Source: Octopus sinensis
Lineage: Eukaryota
Reading direction: 5' to 3'
Length of the DNA: 64,000 nt
Assembly: GCF_006345805.1 (NCBI RefSeq)
Contig: NC_043006.1
Coordinates: 103,974,001 to 104,038,000 of the forward strand
In this document: one piece after another, positions 24,625 through 37,198 of the stretch
Layout of the letters: each line of letters opens with the position of its first letter
Position numbering within the stretch: position 1 is the stretch's first letter
The notes under the pieces: generated by a model
What the model was told of the DNA's origin: nothing
Database searches by the model: none
What the model saw: only the letters and a program-made list of their open reading frames with translations
Position numbers and translations under genes: made by a program

Positions 24625-24790
24625 GCTAGTCGATTAGATCGAGCCCAGTACTTGACTGGTAATTATTTTATCGACGAAAGAACGATAGGCAAAGCTAAGT
24701 TCTGCAGAATTTGAACTCAGAACATATAGACAAATGAAATGCCGTTGAGTATTTTCTCCGGCTAGCATAGGCACGGCAACATAGAGTGCA
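24625..24790 (-). mobile_element. SINE family B, diverged
   Basis: Reverse-complement match to family B. Confidence 0.75.
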
Positions 24791-24956
24791 AGGGAAGGGG
24801 GGGAGTATATGGTGGTGGTGGTGGTGGTGGTGGTGATGGAGTAATAAAAACGCTCTGAACATCCTTCAAAAGAAACTTTATCACCAAAACGAAGGAGCAT
24901 AAAAACATTTTTGGAATGATTTGAATCATCAGTCTTTTAGTATTGGATTTATCTAA

Positions 24957-25382
24957 GGCGGCGAGCGCTCGCAGAAACGTTAGCACGACGAGCGAGATGC
25001 TTAGCCGTATTTCGCCTGTCTTTAAGTTCTCAGTTCAAATTCCGCCGAGGTTGACTTTGTCTTTCATCCTTTCGGGGTCGATAAATTAAGTACCAGTTGC
25101 GTACTGGTGTCAATCTAATCGACTGGTCCCCTCCCCAAAATTAGAACAGTATTATTGATTTTACCGAAGGCGGCGAGCTGGAAGAAACGTTAGCACGACG
25201 AGCGAGATGCTTAGCGGTATTTCGTCTGTTTTTACCTTCTGAGTTCAAATTCCGCTGAAGTCGACTTTGCCTTTCATCATTTCAGGGTCGATAAATACAC
25301 TACTACTTGCGTAATGGAGTCGATTTCAACGACTGGCCCCCTCCCCCAAAATTGCGGGCCTTGTACGTAGAGTAGAAAAGGT
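24957..25382 (+). mobile_element. SINE family B head-to-tail dimer (alternative tail)
   Basis: Two GGCGGCGAGC.. monomers (24957, 25169), ending in CCCCTCCCCAAAATT-type tails. Confidence 0.88.
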
Positions 25383-25779
25383 TATTGGATTTATCTGATT
25401 TGATTGACGTACGATAATACATATAATAATTTTCATTAATCTATAATTGTTTTTCTTCGTTATTTGAGATTTTAAGATTCACAAACAATCAACACTGTTT
25501 GTAAAAAAAATGTCAGAATATTTTTGCTGCTTTTTAATGAAGTATATCTATATATATATTACGAAAGAATCTGATATTTTCAGTAGCTTCAAGTTTGCTT
25601 TTTTATATTTTAATAATTATTAGTTCGTAAACTAACTCTTGTACACACACACACACACACAACATTGAATTTAAAAGACTCCTTATAGAGCAGGTGTTTC
25701 CTTCTGTGCAAACTTTGAAAGCTACGTACGTTTACTAAACGAGACGTAATGTCAGCTGAACAAGAATCATATAAATTTA

Positions 25780-25960
25780 TATATCATTTCTACCACAGGC
25801 ACAAGAGCTGAGAAGATTGTAAGCCGAGTACAACTAACCCTGTACTCTAACTGGTATTTATTTTATCGATCCCGAAAGGATCACAAGCAAAGTTGACCTC
25901 GGTGGAATTTCAGCTCAGAACATAAAGTCGGACAAAATGCCGCTAAATGTTTTGTCCATA
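25780..25960 (-). mobile_element. SINE family B, diverged
   Basis: Reverse-complement match to family B. Confidence 0.75.
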
Positions 25961-26183
25961 TACTCTTTTACTCTTTTACTTGTTTCAGTCAGTTGACTGC
26001 GGCCATGCTGGAACACCGCCTTTAGTCGAGCAAACCGACCCCAGGACTTATACTTTGTAAGCCCAGTACTAATTCTATCGGTCTCTTTTGCCGAACCGCT
26101 AAGTTACGGGGACGTAAACACACCCGCATCGGTTGTCAAGCAATGCTAGGGAGACAAACACAGTCACACAAACACACACGTAC

Positions 26184-26254
<71 letters not shown>

Positions 26255-26420
26255 ATATATATACGACAGGCTTCTTTCAGTTTCCGTCTACCAAATCCAC
26301 TCACAAGGCATTGGTCGGCCCGGGGCTATAGCAGAAGACACTTGCCCAAGATGCCACGCAGTGGGACTGAACGTGGAACCATGTGGTTGGTTAGCAAGCT
26401 ACTTACCACACAGCCACTCC
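25961..26420 (-). mobile_element. SINE family A, full length with expanded (TA)n
   Basis: Same head, body and tail as 33362-33772. Confidence 0.92.
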
Positions 26421-27621
26421 AAAATATAAATATATATATTTAATAAAGACACGACTTAGCTCTGAGCTACTCTAAGTTTCATGGTCTGATACTACAGTGG
26501 TCAGACCAGACTGCATGGCGTGCAAGCTTTCAGGAGCGTCTAGCTTATATTTAAATCCTGTGTCTATTAACTGATATCAAATGATATCTCTCGTTCAACA
26601 CAGTACATTACAACTATATTTTTATCTTTTACTTGTTTCTGTTTTTAGACTGTGGGCTGGTACACCGCCTTGAAAAAATGATGGGCAGCCTTAATCGACT
26701 TTCGAATCTTAATATGTTCTCATCAGTGATGTTTATTCCAGTACATTGAGAGCGTGTGTATGTGTGTGTGTGTGTGCGTGCATGTGTGTGTGCATGTGTG
26801 CGTGTGTATGTGTGTTTTGTGTGGCTGTAGGTGTGAAGGCCAAGGAGTGGCTGTGTGGTAACAGCTTTGTTTCTCAATCCCCCGTTCCGTATTCGGTTCT
26901 GCAGCGTGGGAAACTGCGCAAGTGAATTTTACTAAATTCCCGTGCCGACCAAAGTCTAGTGAGATAATTTCGTAGGCGGAAACTGAAAGAAGCCCGTGGT
27001 ATATATAAATATATATATATATGTATGCGCGTGAGTCTGTGTCTTTGCTTTTGTTCTCTACTACCGCTTGATAGCCGCTGTTAGCTTGTTTACGTCCCGT
27101 TAAATTAGTTGTTCGTCAAAACAGACGATTGACTAAGTACTGCGTTTTAAAGAATACTTACTGGGGGTCAATTTTTTTCGGCTAAACCCTTCAAGGCGGT
27201 GCATCAGCATGGCCGCGCTCTAACCACAGGGATAAGTACAAATAGCTTTTATATGTGAGTGTATATATGTATACACACACACACACACACACACGTGCAC
27301 ACACATAAATACAGAGACCTACATACTCACACACTGTACACACACGTATTCATAATAAATGTACATATGAATGTGCGCGTTGGTATTTGTTGCGAGTTCA
27401 TCTAAAGGACTTGATCGAAATATAATTGATGGAAAACATTTGTCCCAGAAGATAAAAGAATGAAAACTATTGATCGGAGCAACAGCTGTTCGAATTAACA
27501 ATTCGTCGAATGATGACAAATATTGGAAGTACGAGGAAATGGGTTACACGAAGAATCTTCCTTGTCACGTTTTATTAACACAATTTCATTTGATTTTGGC
27601 AACTTAAAATATTATATTACA

Positions 27622-27962
27622 AGGTGAAATGCTTAGCTGTATTTCGTCTGCCGTTACGTTCTAAGTTCAAATTCCGCCGAGGTTGACTTTGCCTTTCATC
27701 CTTTCGGGTCGATAAATTAAGTACCAGTTAGGCACTGGGGTCGATATAATCGACTTAATCCGTTTGTCTGTCCTTGTTCGTTCCCTCTGTGTTTAGCCCC
27801 TTGTGGGTAGTAAAGAAATAGGTATTTCGTCTGTCTTTACGTTCTGAGTTCAAATTTCGCCTAGATCAACTTGGCTTTTCATACTTTCGGGTCGATAAAT
27901 TAAGTACCAGTTGCGTACTGGGGTCGATCTAATCGACTGAACCCCTTCCCCCAAAATTTCGG
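27622..27962 (+). mobile_element. SINE family B tandem of two 5'-truncated units
   Basis: The first unit ends TAAAGAAATA (27820). The second starts GGTATTTCGTCTG and carries the alternative tail. Confidence 0.88.
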
Positions 27963-28380
27963 ACTGCAACGTTACATACTAACCAACACGGTTTGTTAAG
28001 CGATGGTGGGTGACAAATTCAACGCAAACATAACGACGGCACACACAGACACAGAGACACACACATACACACGCACACACACGACAAAGAACTTCCCCAA
28101 AAGTAGACAGCAACATCTAATCCTTATCAAAACCTAGTGGGATTATCTATGAAGAAAAACAACCGACATCAACGTAAGTAAGCTCCACAAACCTTGAATC
28201 CACAAACACTTTAGAATTTCCTTGAGTGAAAAACAAATCAGTATAACGAATCAAAGATGTAAAAATCCACAAAGTACAATAGATATGCTTTTCTGTCATC
28301 AGCTGCCAAACAGATGCCACTATGCTTTCGACGCTTGGGCTGTACCATCCAACCAGGCGGTGTGAAGTGAGTTATATATA

Positions 28381-28705
28381 TATAGCCCAGTGGTTAGAAC
28401 TTTCGGTTCACAATCATGAGGTAGTGAGTTAGATTCCTGGACCGGACTATGCGCTGTGTTCTTGAGCAATCACTTGATCTCATGTTGCTCCAAACCACTC
28501 CGCTGTAAATATAAGTTGCTACGTCACTAGTGCCAAGCTGTATCGGTCTTTGCCTTTCTTTTGGATAATATCAATGGCGTCTAGAGGGGAGGCTGGTATG
28601 CATGAGCGACTGCTGGTCATCCATAAACAACCTTGCCCGGACTTGCGCCCTGGAGGGGAAGTTTCTAAGTGTAATCCCATGGTCATTCATGACCGAAGGC
28701 GGTCT
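28381..28705 (+). mobile_element. SINE family C
   Basis: Colinear with 18482-18799. Confidence 0.87.
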
Positions 28706-28728
28706 ATACACACACACACACACCACGC

Positions 28729-28760
<32 letters not shown>

Positions 28761-29187
28761 ATACGGCGGGAATTTAGTTCAAATACTGCAGAGATCATTG
28801 CTTCAAGGCCTCTTTCTCATTGCTGGCCTTGGGCCAAAATTTGAAACAACTATTTTTGGTATGCTACTCTGCACATTAGCCGCAACATAAGATTCAAGAG
28901 TGTGTATGGGTGTGTATGTACGCATGTGCGTGTGTGTTTGCATGTGTGTGTGTAGTACACTGAAGTACCTGTATACACAAATCAGTCGTATACACACAAA
29001 ACAGAAAATAACCACCAGTTCACCACCATCACAATTACCACCACCATTACATCTACCATCACCACCACCACTACAAGCCAATAATACCATCATTATCACC
29101 ATCATCGTTATGAACGATTACCCGCAAGAACACGTGCTTTTTCCCAAGAAGCTTGTGTGCCTGCGCGCGTGTGTGGGTGGAAGATAT

Positions 29188-29283
29188 AGCCACCATGTTT
29201 ATTAACATATTTATTTAGTAGCCACCATATTTACAAAGATATTTATTTAGTAGCCGCCATGTTTATTAACGTATTTATTTAGT
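29188..29283. repeat. Minisatellite, 32-bp unit x3
   Basis: AGCCACCATGTTTATTAACATATTTATTTAGT repeated three times with a few substitutions. Confidence 0.9.
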
Positions 29284-29369
29284 TAACAAATCTACCAAGT
29301 TTTATAACGATAGCGTTAGTTTATGAAGCAAAAGTTCACGAACTCCGCAAACGATTTTGTACCTTAGAG

Positions 29370-29385
29370 AGCGCCATCTGGTGGG
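29370..29385 (-). promoter_or_regulatory. CTCF-consensus-like motif CCCACCAGATGGCGCT
   Basis: Motif match only; no functional data. Confidence 0.25.
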
Positions 29386-29589
29386 AAAGGCCTCAACTCA
29401 ACGAAAGGTCTCAACTCTACGAAGCCTTATTAGTCAGTAATCAATTATGGTCTGAAAGATATTAAGGTCAGATAAACAAATGGTGATGAATATCAACGAT
29501 ATTTATTTCTTTGTGACTTCCTACTTGGGTGTTTCCACGTACGTTGATGCGTGTGTGTGTGTGTATGTGTGTGTTGTGTGCGTGTGTGC

Positions 29590-29621
<32 letters not shown>

Positions 29622-29819
29622 TTATCCTCCCACTACCGCTTGACAGTTTTGCTGGTGTGTTTGCGTCCCTGTAACTTATCTGTTCGGCAAAAGAGACCGA
29701 TGGAATAAGTACCAGACTCTAAAAAATAAGTAGTGGAGTCGATTCATTCGACAGAAAATTCAAAGCGGCGCTCCAAAGCGACGCCCCAGCATGACCGCAG
29801 TTTAATGACCGAAGCAGGT

Positions 29820-30090
29820 AAAAGATAAAAGATAAGATTATCCAGTCATCTCATTCTTGGTCTACTCCTGGGTCTCCTGCCGGCTGTCTCGGCTTAAAGA
29901 ATCCATCTAGCGGTTCTTTTCTGCGACAATCTAATCACATGTTCGTAGTTCCGAAGCTGAGACTTCTCAATACGGAAAAGTAGCGGGCTCGACCTGGAAA
30001 GACATGTTGATGCCCGAACCCTGTCGAATTACCTTTCAGCTAATTGTGTTCGCGACCGTACCCTTTCAACATTCATGACCATAACTAAGG
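29820..30090 (-). mobile_element. RTE-clade (Rex3-like) LINE 3' relic
   Basis: Minus strand reads PLLFRIEKSQLRNYEHVIRL...GRRPRSRPRMR*LD, the typical RTE C-terminus. Confidence 0.7.
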
Positions 30091-30132
30091 ATAGACGCGA
30101 AAACTGAATTGAAGATTCTGCCATCCAATTCA

Positions 30133-30275
30133 GCTTCCTACATCCATTAAGACTATTCTGCAGAGACCTGAATAAGTGGAAATCCGAAGGAGTAATATGT
30201 GGTGAATATGGAGGTGGGGTAACACATCCCAGCCGAGCTGCAGCCAGTTTTGTCTGGTTCCCAAAGCATCAAGTG
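30133..30275 (-). mobile_element. Mariner transposase C-terminal relic
   Basis: Minus strand reads TRQNWLQLGWDVLPH/PYSPHITPSDFHLFRSLQNSLNG (YSPDLAPSD-type motif). Confidence 0.8.
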
Positions 30276-31167
30276 CCGAAAATGAACTTTCTTATCTTCC
30301 ATTTTAAAGGGTTACAGAATTAACACAGATTACAGGAACATAAACCTACTTCCACGAAAAGATAGCTTTAACTGTGCTCTAAATAGAGGTGTAGTCAAAT
30401 CCTATTTTATGGACTCAACCATGTTCTAAAATAAGTCGAAAGGTAAGCTACTATAAACGGACACGAACCTTCCGGACAACCCAATACTTAAATGCATTCA
30501 TTTGTGTCAGTGATGTTACGTTAGCATGCAAAATGTGCTGGGAAGACTTTCTTGAGAGAATGAATGGTCACCTGATCGTATATATTGGTATACGTGTGGT
30601 CATTAGTCACCGGCAGAGTCGCAAGGGTAACGTATAATTTTTTCTAAGTGCTCAATGCCCTTACAGTTCACTGATGGCCTTCCTCGATCATGAGTGGACA
30701 GCCATCATCTAAATTAATAAAAGTGAAATTCTCTTTGCTTCGTCTGGGACCCTGTATCTCGGGGTCTACATAGGCATATTATATCTTTTGGAATCAAGAT
30801 GATCCCGGGATTGAAAATCTGTCCTTCATTTGGTTCTTAAAATTCCAGCATTAAGATCTAATTTTAAAACATCTGGGTTGCTATTTCTAGCAGGTAAAGC
30901 TTGGCTGGTTCACGCCATCTTGGTTGGCGTTTGTCAGGTGAGGTCAGATATGAAGGAGGAGATGAATGACATTCGCTTCGTTAGTTTTACGTCGAGATAC
31001 GAACTTTGCGACAAATTGACCAATAGTTGGAATTCTGCTTGAGACTGGGACAATAGAATGATTGCATCACAGAATTAATTCTCATCCGTCCTTAACCCCT
31101 GATCAAACAATAACGAGGTTCAGTTAGACGTCCGCAGGAGCGAGCCTAAAAGTACGGCTTCTAAGCT

Positions 31168-31220
<53 letters not shown>

Positions 31221-31260
31221 TGTATGTGTGTGTGTGTGTTTGTATGTGTGTGTGTGTGTG

Positions 31261-31671
31261 TACTCTTTTACTCTTTTACTTGTTTCAGTCATTTGACTGC
31301 GACCATGCTAGAGCACCACCTTTAGTCGGGCAAATCGACCTCAGGACTTATTCTTTGGAAGCCTTGTACTTATTCTATCGGTCTCTTTTGCCGAACCGCT
31401 AAGTTACGGGGACGTAAACATACCAGCATCGGTTGACAAGCGATGCTGGGGGGGAATAACACAGACACACAAACATATGCACACGCATACTTATATATAC
31501 ATATATACGACGGGCTTCTTTCAGTTTCCGTCTATCAAATTCACTCACAAGGCTTTGTTCAGCCCGAGGCTATAGTAGGTGACACTTGCCCAAGTTGCCA
31601 CGCAGTGGGAATGAACCCGGAACCATGTGGTTGGTAAGCAAGCTACTTACCACACATCCACTCCTGCGCCT
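31261..31671 (-). mobile_element. SINE family A, full length
   Basis: Reverse complement of the 33362-33772 copy. Confidence 0.92.
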
Positions 31672-32375
31672 GTGTGTGTATTTATGTAGACGAGTAGTAT
31701 ATCCAGTTGGTTTCACCTCGACTATTAAACCAGGCAATATAGGCGACTCATCAGAGCCGCTGGTCGGCAAGCACGTAAACCTCTTTACTAATGGAGGTAA
31801 AGATACAGAGGCTAAGTGCTTCAGGCCAGCATGTCTGATGAGTGGCCTACATTGTCCAGTGCACCATCAGACATGTAACCAATGGTAATTTTCTGACATA
31901 ACTACGGAGATACCACTCGACTACATTAAATATAGCAGTCCAAAATTTCTTTTAGAATCCTGAATTATGGACACCTGACCGATACACACACATGCGAAAT
32001 CACATACACACCTGCGTGTTTGTATATATATATTTGCACAACAAATATTTAAATATTTAAACGTATATATATATATATATTATATATATATATATATATA
32101 TAACAAGGGTACATAATTTTTCTGTGGTTTTTTAGACAACCAACAAATATTTACCGGTAAATTTCGGTATGTAAATATGACTATTAGCGTCAGGAACTCT
32201 GTAGAGTTCAGTATATATAGTAAATATAATTAAAAGGGCAGGCAACAGGTTGCTCCGCCGCATACCGAAGGAATTAGAAATGGCAGTCAAAGACTGTTTA
32301 TTTCCATTTTTCTACAAGTGGAAGTTCCATATACGACATGTTCAACATTAACGGTAAGAGATTGTTTTCGTTAAT

Positions 32376-32419
<44 letters not shown>

Positions 32420-32480
32420 TATATTATATATATATATATTATATATATATATATAATATATATATTATATATATATATAT

Positions 32481-32753
32481 GACCGGGCTGCGTGTTGTGT
32501 TCTTGAGCAAGACACTTTATTTCACGTTGCTCCAGTTCACTCAGCTGTAGTAGAAATGAGTTGCGACGTCACAGGTGCCAAGCTGTATCGACCTTTGCCT
32601 TTCCCTTGGATAACATCAGTGTGTGGAGAGGGAGGGGAGGCTGGTATGCATGGGCGACTGCTGGTCTTCCATAACAAACCTTGCCCGGACTTGTGTCTAG
32701 GAGGGTAACTTTCTAGGTGCAATCCCATGGTCATTCGTGACCGAAGGGGGTCT
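32481..32753 (+). mobile_element. SINE family C, 5'-truncated
   Basis: Colinear with 18482-18799 from GACCGGGCTG onward. Confidence 0.88.
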
Positions 32754-32888
32754 TACCCTTATATATATATTATATATATATATATATAATATATATATAT
32801 ATATATTACTTTGATACTTTGATACTTTGATAGGTTTCGGCCATTGTTGGCCCAGGCCATGTCTAACTTAATAGCACACCACCTGGTG

Positions 32889-32929
<41 letters not shown>

Positions 32930-32935
32930 GTATAT

Positions 32936-32966
<31 letters not shown>

Positions 32967-33045
32967 TATAATATATATTATATATATATATATATATAAT
33001 ATATTATATATTACATATATATATACATATATATATATATAACAT

Positions 33046-33093
<48 letters not shown>

Positions 33094-33106
33094 TATATAT
33101 CGAGAA

Positions 33107-33338
33107 TGGCAGTGAGCTTGCAGAATCGTTAGCACGCCGGGCGAAATGCGTAGCCGTATTTCGTCTGCCGTTACGTTCTGAGTTGAAATTCCGCTGAGGT
33201 CGACTTTGCCTTTCATCCTTTCGAGATCGATTAAATAAGTACCAGTTACGTACTGGAGCCAATGTAATCGACTTAATCCGTTTGTCTGACCTTGTTTGTC
33301 CCCTCTATGTTTAGCCTGCTGTGGGCAATAAATAAATA
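33107..33338 (+). mobile_element. SINE family B
   Basis: Full-length match to 43118-43347. Confidence 0.9.
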
Positions 33339-33361
33339 TATATATACATATATATAAATAT

Positions 33362-33772
33362 GTAGGCGTAGGAGTGGCTGTGTGGTAAGTAGCTTGCCTA
33401 CGAACCACATGGTTCCGGGTTCAGTCCCACTGCGTGGCATCTTGGGCAAGTGTCTTCTACTATAGCCTCGGGCCAACCAAAGCCTTGTGAGTGGATTTGG
33501 TAGACGGAAACTGAAAGAAGCCCGTCGTATATATGTATATATATATATGTGTGTGTGTATGTTTGTGTGTCTGTGTTTGTCCCCCTAGCATTGCTTGACA
33601 ACCGATGCTGGTGTGTTTACATCCCCGTCAGCTAGCGGTTCGGCAAAAGAGACCGATAGAATAAGTACTGGGCTTACAAAGAATAAGACCTGGGGTCGAT
33701 TTGCTCGACTAAAGGCGGTGCTCCATCATGGCCGCAGTCAAATGACTGAAACAAGTAAAAGAGTAAAAGAGA
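33362..33772 (+). mobile_element. tRNA-derived SINE family A, full length
   Basis: A box TGGCTGTGTGG, B box GGTTCAGTCC, body GGGCAAGTGTCTTCTACTATAGCCTCGGGCC..GGAAACTGAAAGAAGCCCGTCG, internal (TA)/(TG) tract, tail (GTAAAAGA)n. Confidence 0.92.
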
Positions 33773-34539
33773 GTATATATAGCGAGAGAGAAAGAGATAT
33801 GTATCTATAAAGGTGTGTATATATAATATAAATACATGTAGCAGCCTGTCTAATGTCTACCTACCTATATTTAAATGGTTAAATGGGAGCGTGTGTGCAT
33901 GTGGGCGCGTGCGCGCGTTTGTTTGTGTATTTACAGAGGAAAGCAAGAAATATACTATAATTCACAGAGTATTATTAGATCTATAATTCCCTGGAGAGAG
34001 GGGGAGGGAGTGGGAAAGAGAGATGGGGAAAGAGACAGAGAAAGGGACAGACCGACAGACAAACAAATAGACAGACAGACAGGGTGCCAGAGATAAAGTC
34101 GTTCTGTATCAGTAGTACCCTAGAATGATGTTTGGGTAGACTGTGGAATGGAAATATTGATCGGTTCTGAAAATGTTACGCTGACATAAAAACGTTTGAC
34201 ACGTTCATCTAAGCTGCGATACGCGCGCTCCTTTACTCACACATACACACGTACATACGCGCGCGCACACGTACACACTCACACACACACACACACATAT
34301 ACACAGAGACACGCTCCTTGACATACGCATGCTCCTAGAGACATACACTTACACTCAGACACACACATACACACATACATATGCACAAGTACCCGCATGG
34401 GCACACATATAAACACAAGTACTACACACACACACACGCACATACACAACGCGCGAACACACACACACACACAAACATGATATGAATACGCGATACAAAT
34501 ACACAATATAACAACATATAGATATATGTATGCATATAT

Positions 34540-34578
<39 letters not shown>

Positions 34579-34600
34579 TACATATATGTGTGTGTGTATG

Positions 34601-34633
<33 letters not shown>

Positions 34634-34709
34634 ATATGTATATATATGTATACATATGTATATATATGTATATATATATACACGCATATATATATATATA
34701 TAATCATAT

Positions 34710-34745
<36 letters not shown>

Positions 34746-34805
34746 CTATATATAACACATATATATATATATATATATAATATTATATATATATATATAT
34801 ATATA

Positions 34806-34837
<32 letters not shown>

Positions 34838-35138
34838 GTACATAAGACATGCAAAAAGCCTCGAGGAAAACAGCAAAAGTAACATGGACACAAAAGATTT
34901 AATTACGCTTAAAGGAATCAAATCGTGTGAGAGAGAAAAAAATCAGTATTTCAGACAGAAGACCTTCCGATGTTTTTCCTGAAACGTTTAATTTTTATTT
35001 TTCTTTAGACGTTCGCACAATATATAAAACAATCTAACCAAAACTCTCTTCACAGCTTCGTCACAAGCAACCAGAATCCTTTCCTACATTCCCTACATAA
35101 CCATGCTACATGGATCTAAATTATATATTCATGGCACC

Positions 35139-35899
35139 CAGCGCTGGATTAACCATTAAGCCACATAAGCACGTGCTTAGGGTATCAAGGGAAGGAGACA
35201 CCACAGAAACGGTAAATGGTTTATGGCACAAAAGAAATCACTTTATGCAGTTCTATATTTAAGAGATGAGGAATTATGTGCATTATTTACATACATTATT
35301 TACTTTATTTACATTCAATATGGGCATACGGCGTAGCTGTTAAGAGCGCGGGCTCATAACTCCAAGATTCCGAATTCGATTCCAAGCAGTGACCTGAACA
35401 TTAATAATACTAATAATAATAATAACATCGAAAATTTACCTTAGGAATGAGTACCCAGGTTCGAAATTTCTCAAAGGTACCTGAAGAAGGCTGGAAGGTA
35501 TATCAGCCGAAACGTTGTGTTAACAACAAACAAGATGAGGACAAATATCCATCAAATATAAATAATGTAAATAATGCAATCACTTTATAATTGCTTAAAT
35601 GATATTCGAAGTGGTTCATATGACTAGCAATATAATTTCGAAGTGTTCATAGTGTCACATTGAAGATCTAATCAAAGGCTTTGCAATTAAAAAATTAAAG
35701 AAATTTTTAAAAAATATATTTAAAGCGGAAGTATACCAAAATAAACATTATTTTCTATCTTACTGTTACTTTTGTTTCATTTTGAACAACAAAAATATAT
35801 TTCATGGTTTATTATTGTTTATCTTTCGAATTAAATATATATGGGGGTACCAAAATCTTTCGAGTGCTTAGGGCCTCTGTAAGTCTTAATCCGGCCCTG
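35139..35899. mobile_element. hAT-like MITE with a nested insertion
   Basis: Termini CAGCGCTGGATTAA and TTAATCCGGCCCTG. The subterminal GTGCTTAGGG occurs near both ends. Degenerate 8-bp TSD ATGGCACC/ACAGCATC. Confidence 0.65.
35476..35521 (+). ncRNA. Minimal type I hammerhead-ribozyme-like motif
   Basis: GGUAC CUGAAGA A GGCUG GAAGGUAUAU CAGCC GAAAC GU U GUGUU. Confidence 0.65.
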
Positions 35900-36227
35900 A
35901 CAGCATCGTTCGGTTAACTAGTACCAGCACGTGTGTTATTCAACTGCAAAGAAAGCTCTGTTGTATGTTGGAGACACCAAGTGTTCGCCGGCGATCTGTA
36001 GCCAGCTTTTAGATTTCCAATGAAACAAACACCCAATGACTCCGACTAGTACCCGTTCACTTTAATCCCCACCCGACCATATCTACGTGCATCTCGCTAT
36101 CACGGGAGACCCGCTGTTTCCTGCTGGCATCGTGAACAATAATTGATTTTTCTGACTATATACGACTGAACTAGCTACAATTAAAAAAAAATGTCCTTCT
36201 CTGGCAACCCTGACTATAAACATGCAG

Positions 36228-36630
36228 GTGTAGCTGTGTAAGAAGCTTGCTTCCTAACTCAATGGTTCCGGGTTCAATCCCAGTGCGTGTCACATTGGGC
36301 AAGGGTCTCCTAAAATAGCCTTGGCCCGACCAAAGCCTTATGGGTGGATTTGGTAGGCGGAAACTGAAAAAATCCGTTGTATATGTGTGTGTGTTTCTGT
36401 CTCTCTGTATCAATGTCTCTGTGTCTTTGAGTCTGTGTTTGTCCCCATCATCGCTTGACAACCGGTGTTGGTGTGTTTACCTTCCCGTAACTTAGCTGTT
36501 CGGCGAAGATATCGATAGAATAAATACTAGGCTTGAAAATAAGTTGTGGGATTGAATTGTTCAACAAAAAACTTCAAGGCGGTGCTCCAGTTTGGCTACA
36601 GTCAAATGACTGAAACAAATGAAAGAATAT
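36228..36630 (+). mobile_element. SINE family A, diverged
   Basis: Family A head, body and tail. Confidence 0.85.
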
Positions 36631-36682
36631 ATATACCTACATACACACGCACACAACATAATATGCACAATCTATAAGCTTG

Positions 36683-36714
<32 letters not shown>

Positions 36715-37198
36715 ACTTCCTTCCAACTTCACACTTTTAACTGCCAAATACATTTAATCAACAGGCTTCTACTTTTACTCGGCATTCACCATACTTTTCT
36801 TACTTTGACTACTTTGTAGTTAAGCTTATTTCGTCCTTTCGTTTGATTACTTTCTGCTTTTGACGAAGAACGACTTTCCGAAGCGTGTCATTTTCTTCCC
36901 TTTCTCTCACATGGTATAATTATATACTCCGTACGTGTTCTTGTACTGATGTCACTCAAAAACTTTGGAATATTACATTACAAAATCGAAACAATGTAAT
37001 TGTATTGCCACAGGTTCTCTTTATTGTACAGTGCTAAGCGTTTGCCAAAGTCTTATTACGTTACAGTAAGACTCAGACACTTCTTCCACGAGCTGAATCT
37101 TCGCATCGAACGGTTTTTCGAAGTCTTTGATTCCTGTTTGGTACCACACGTCCTTACAACTCTCGAATACACAAAGATCCGCTATTTTAGCCATATTA

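Noticed and set aside
36860-36895. Further hammerhead-like words (UGACGA..GAAGCGUGUC)
   Set aside because: The core and stems are too degenerate to call.
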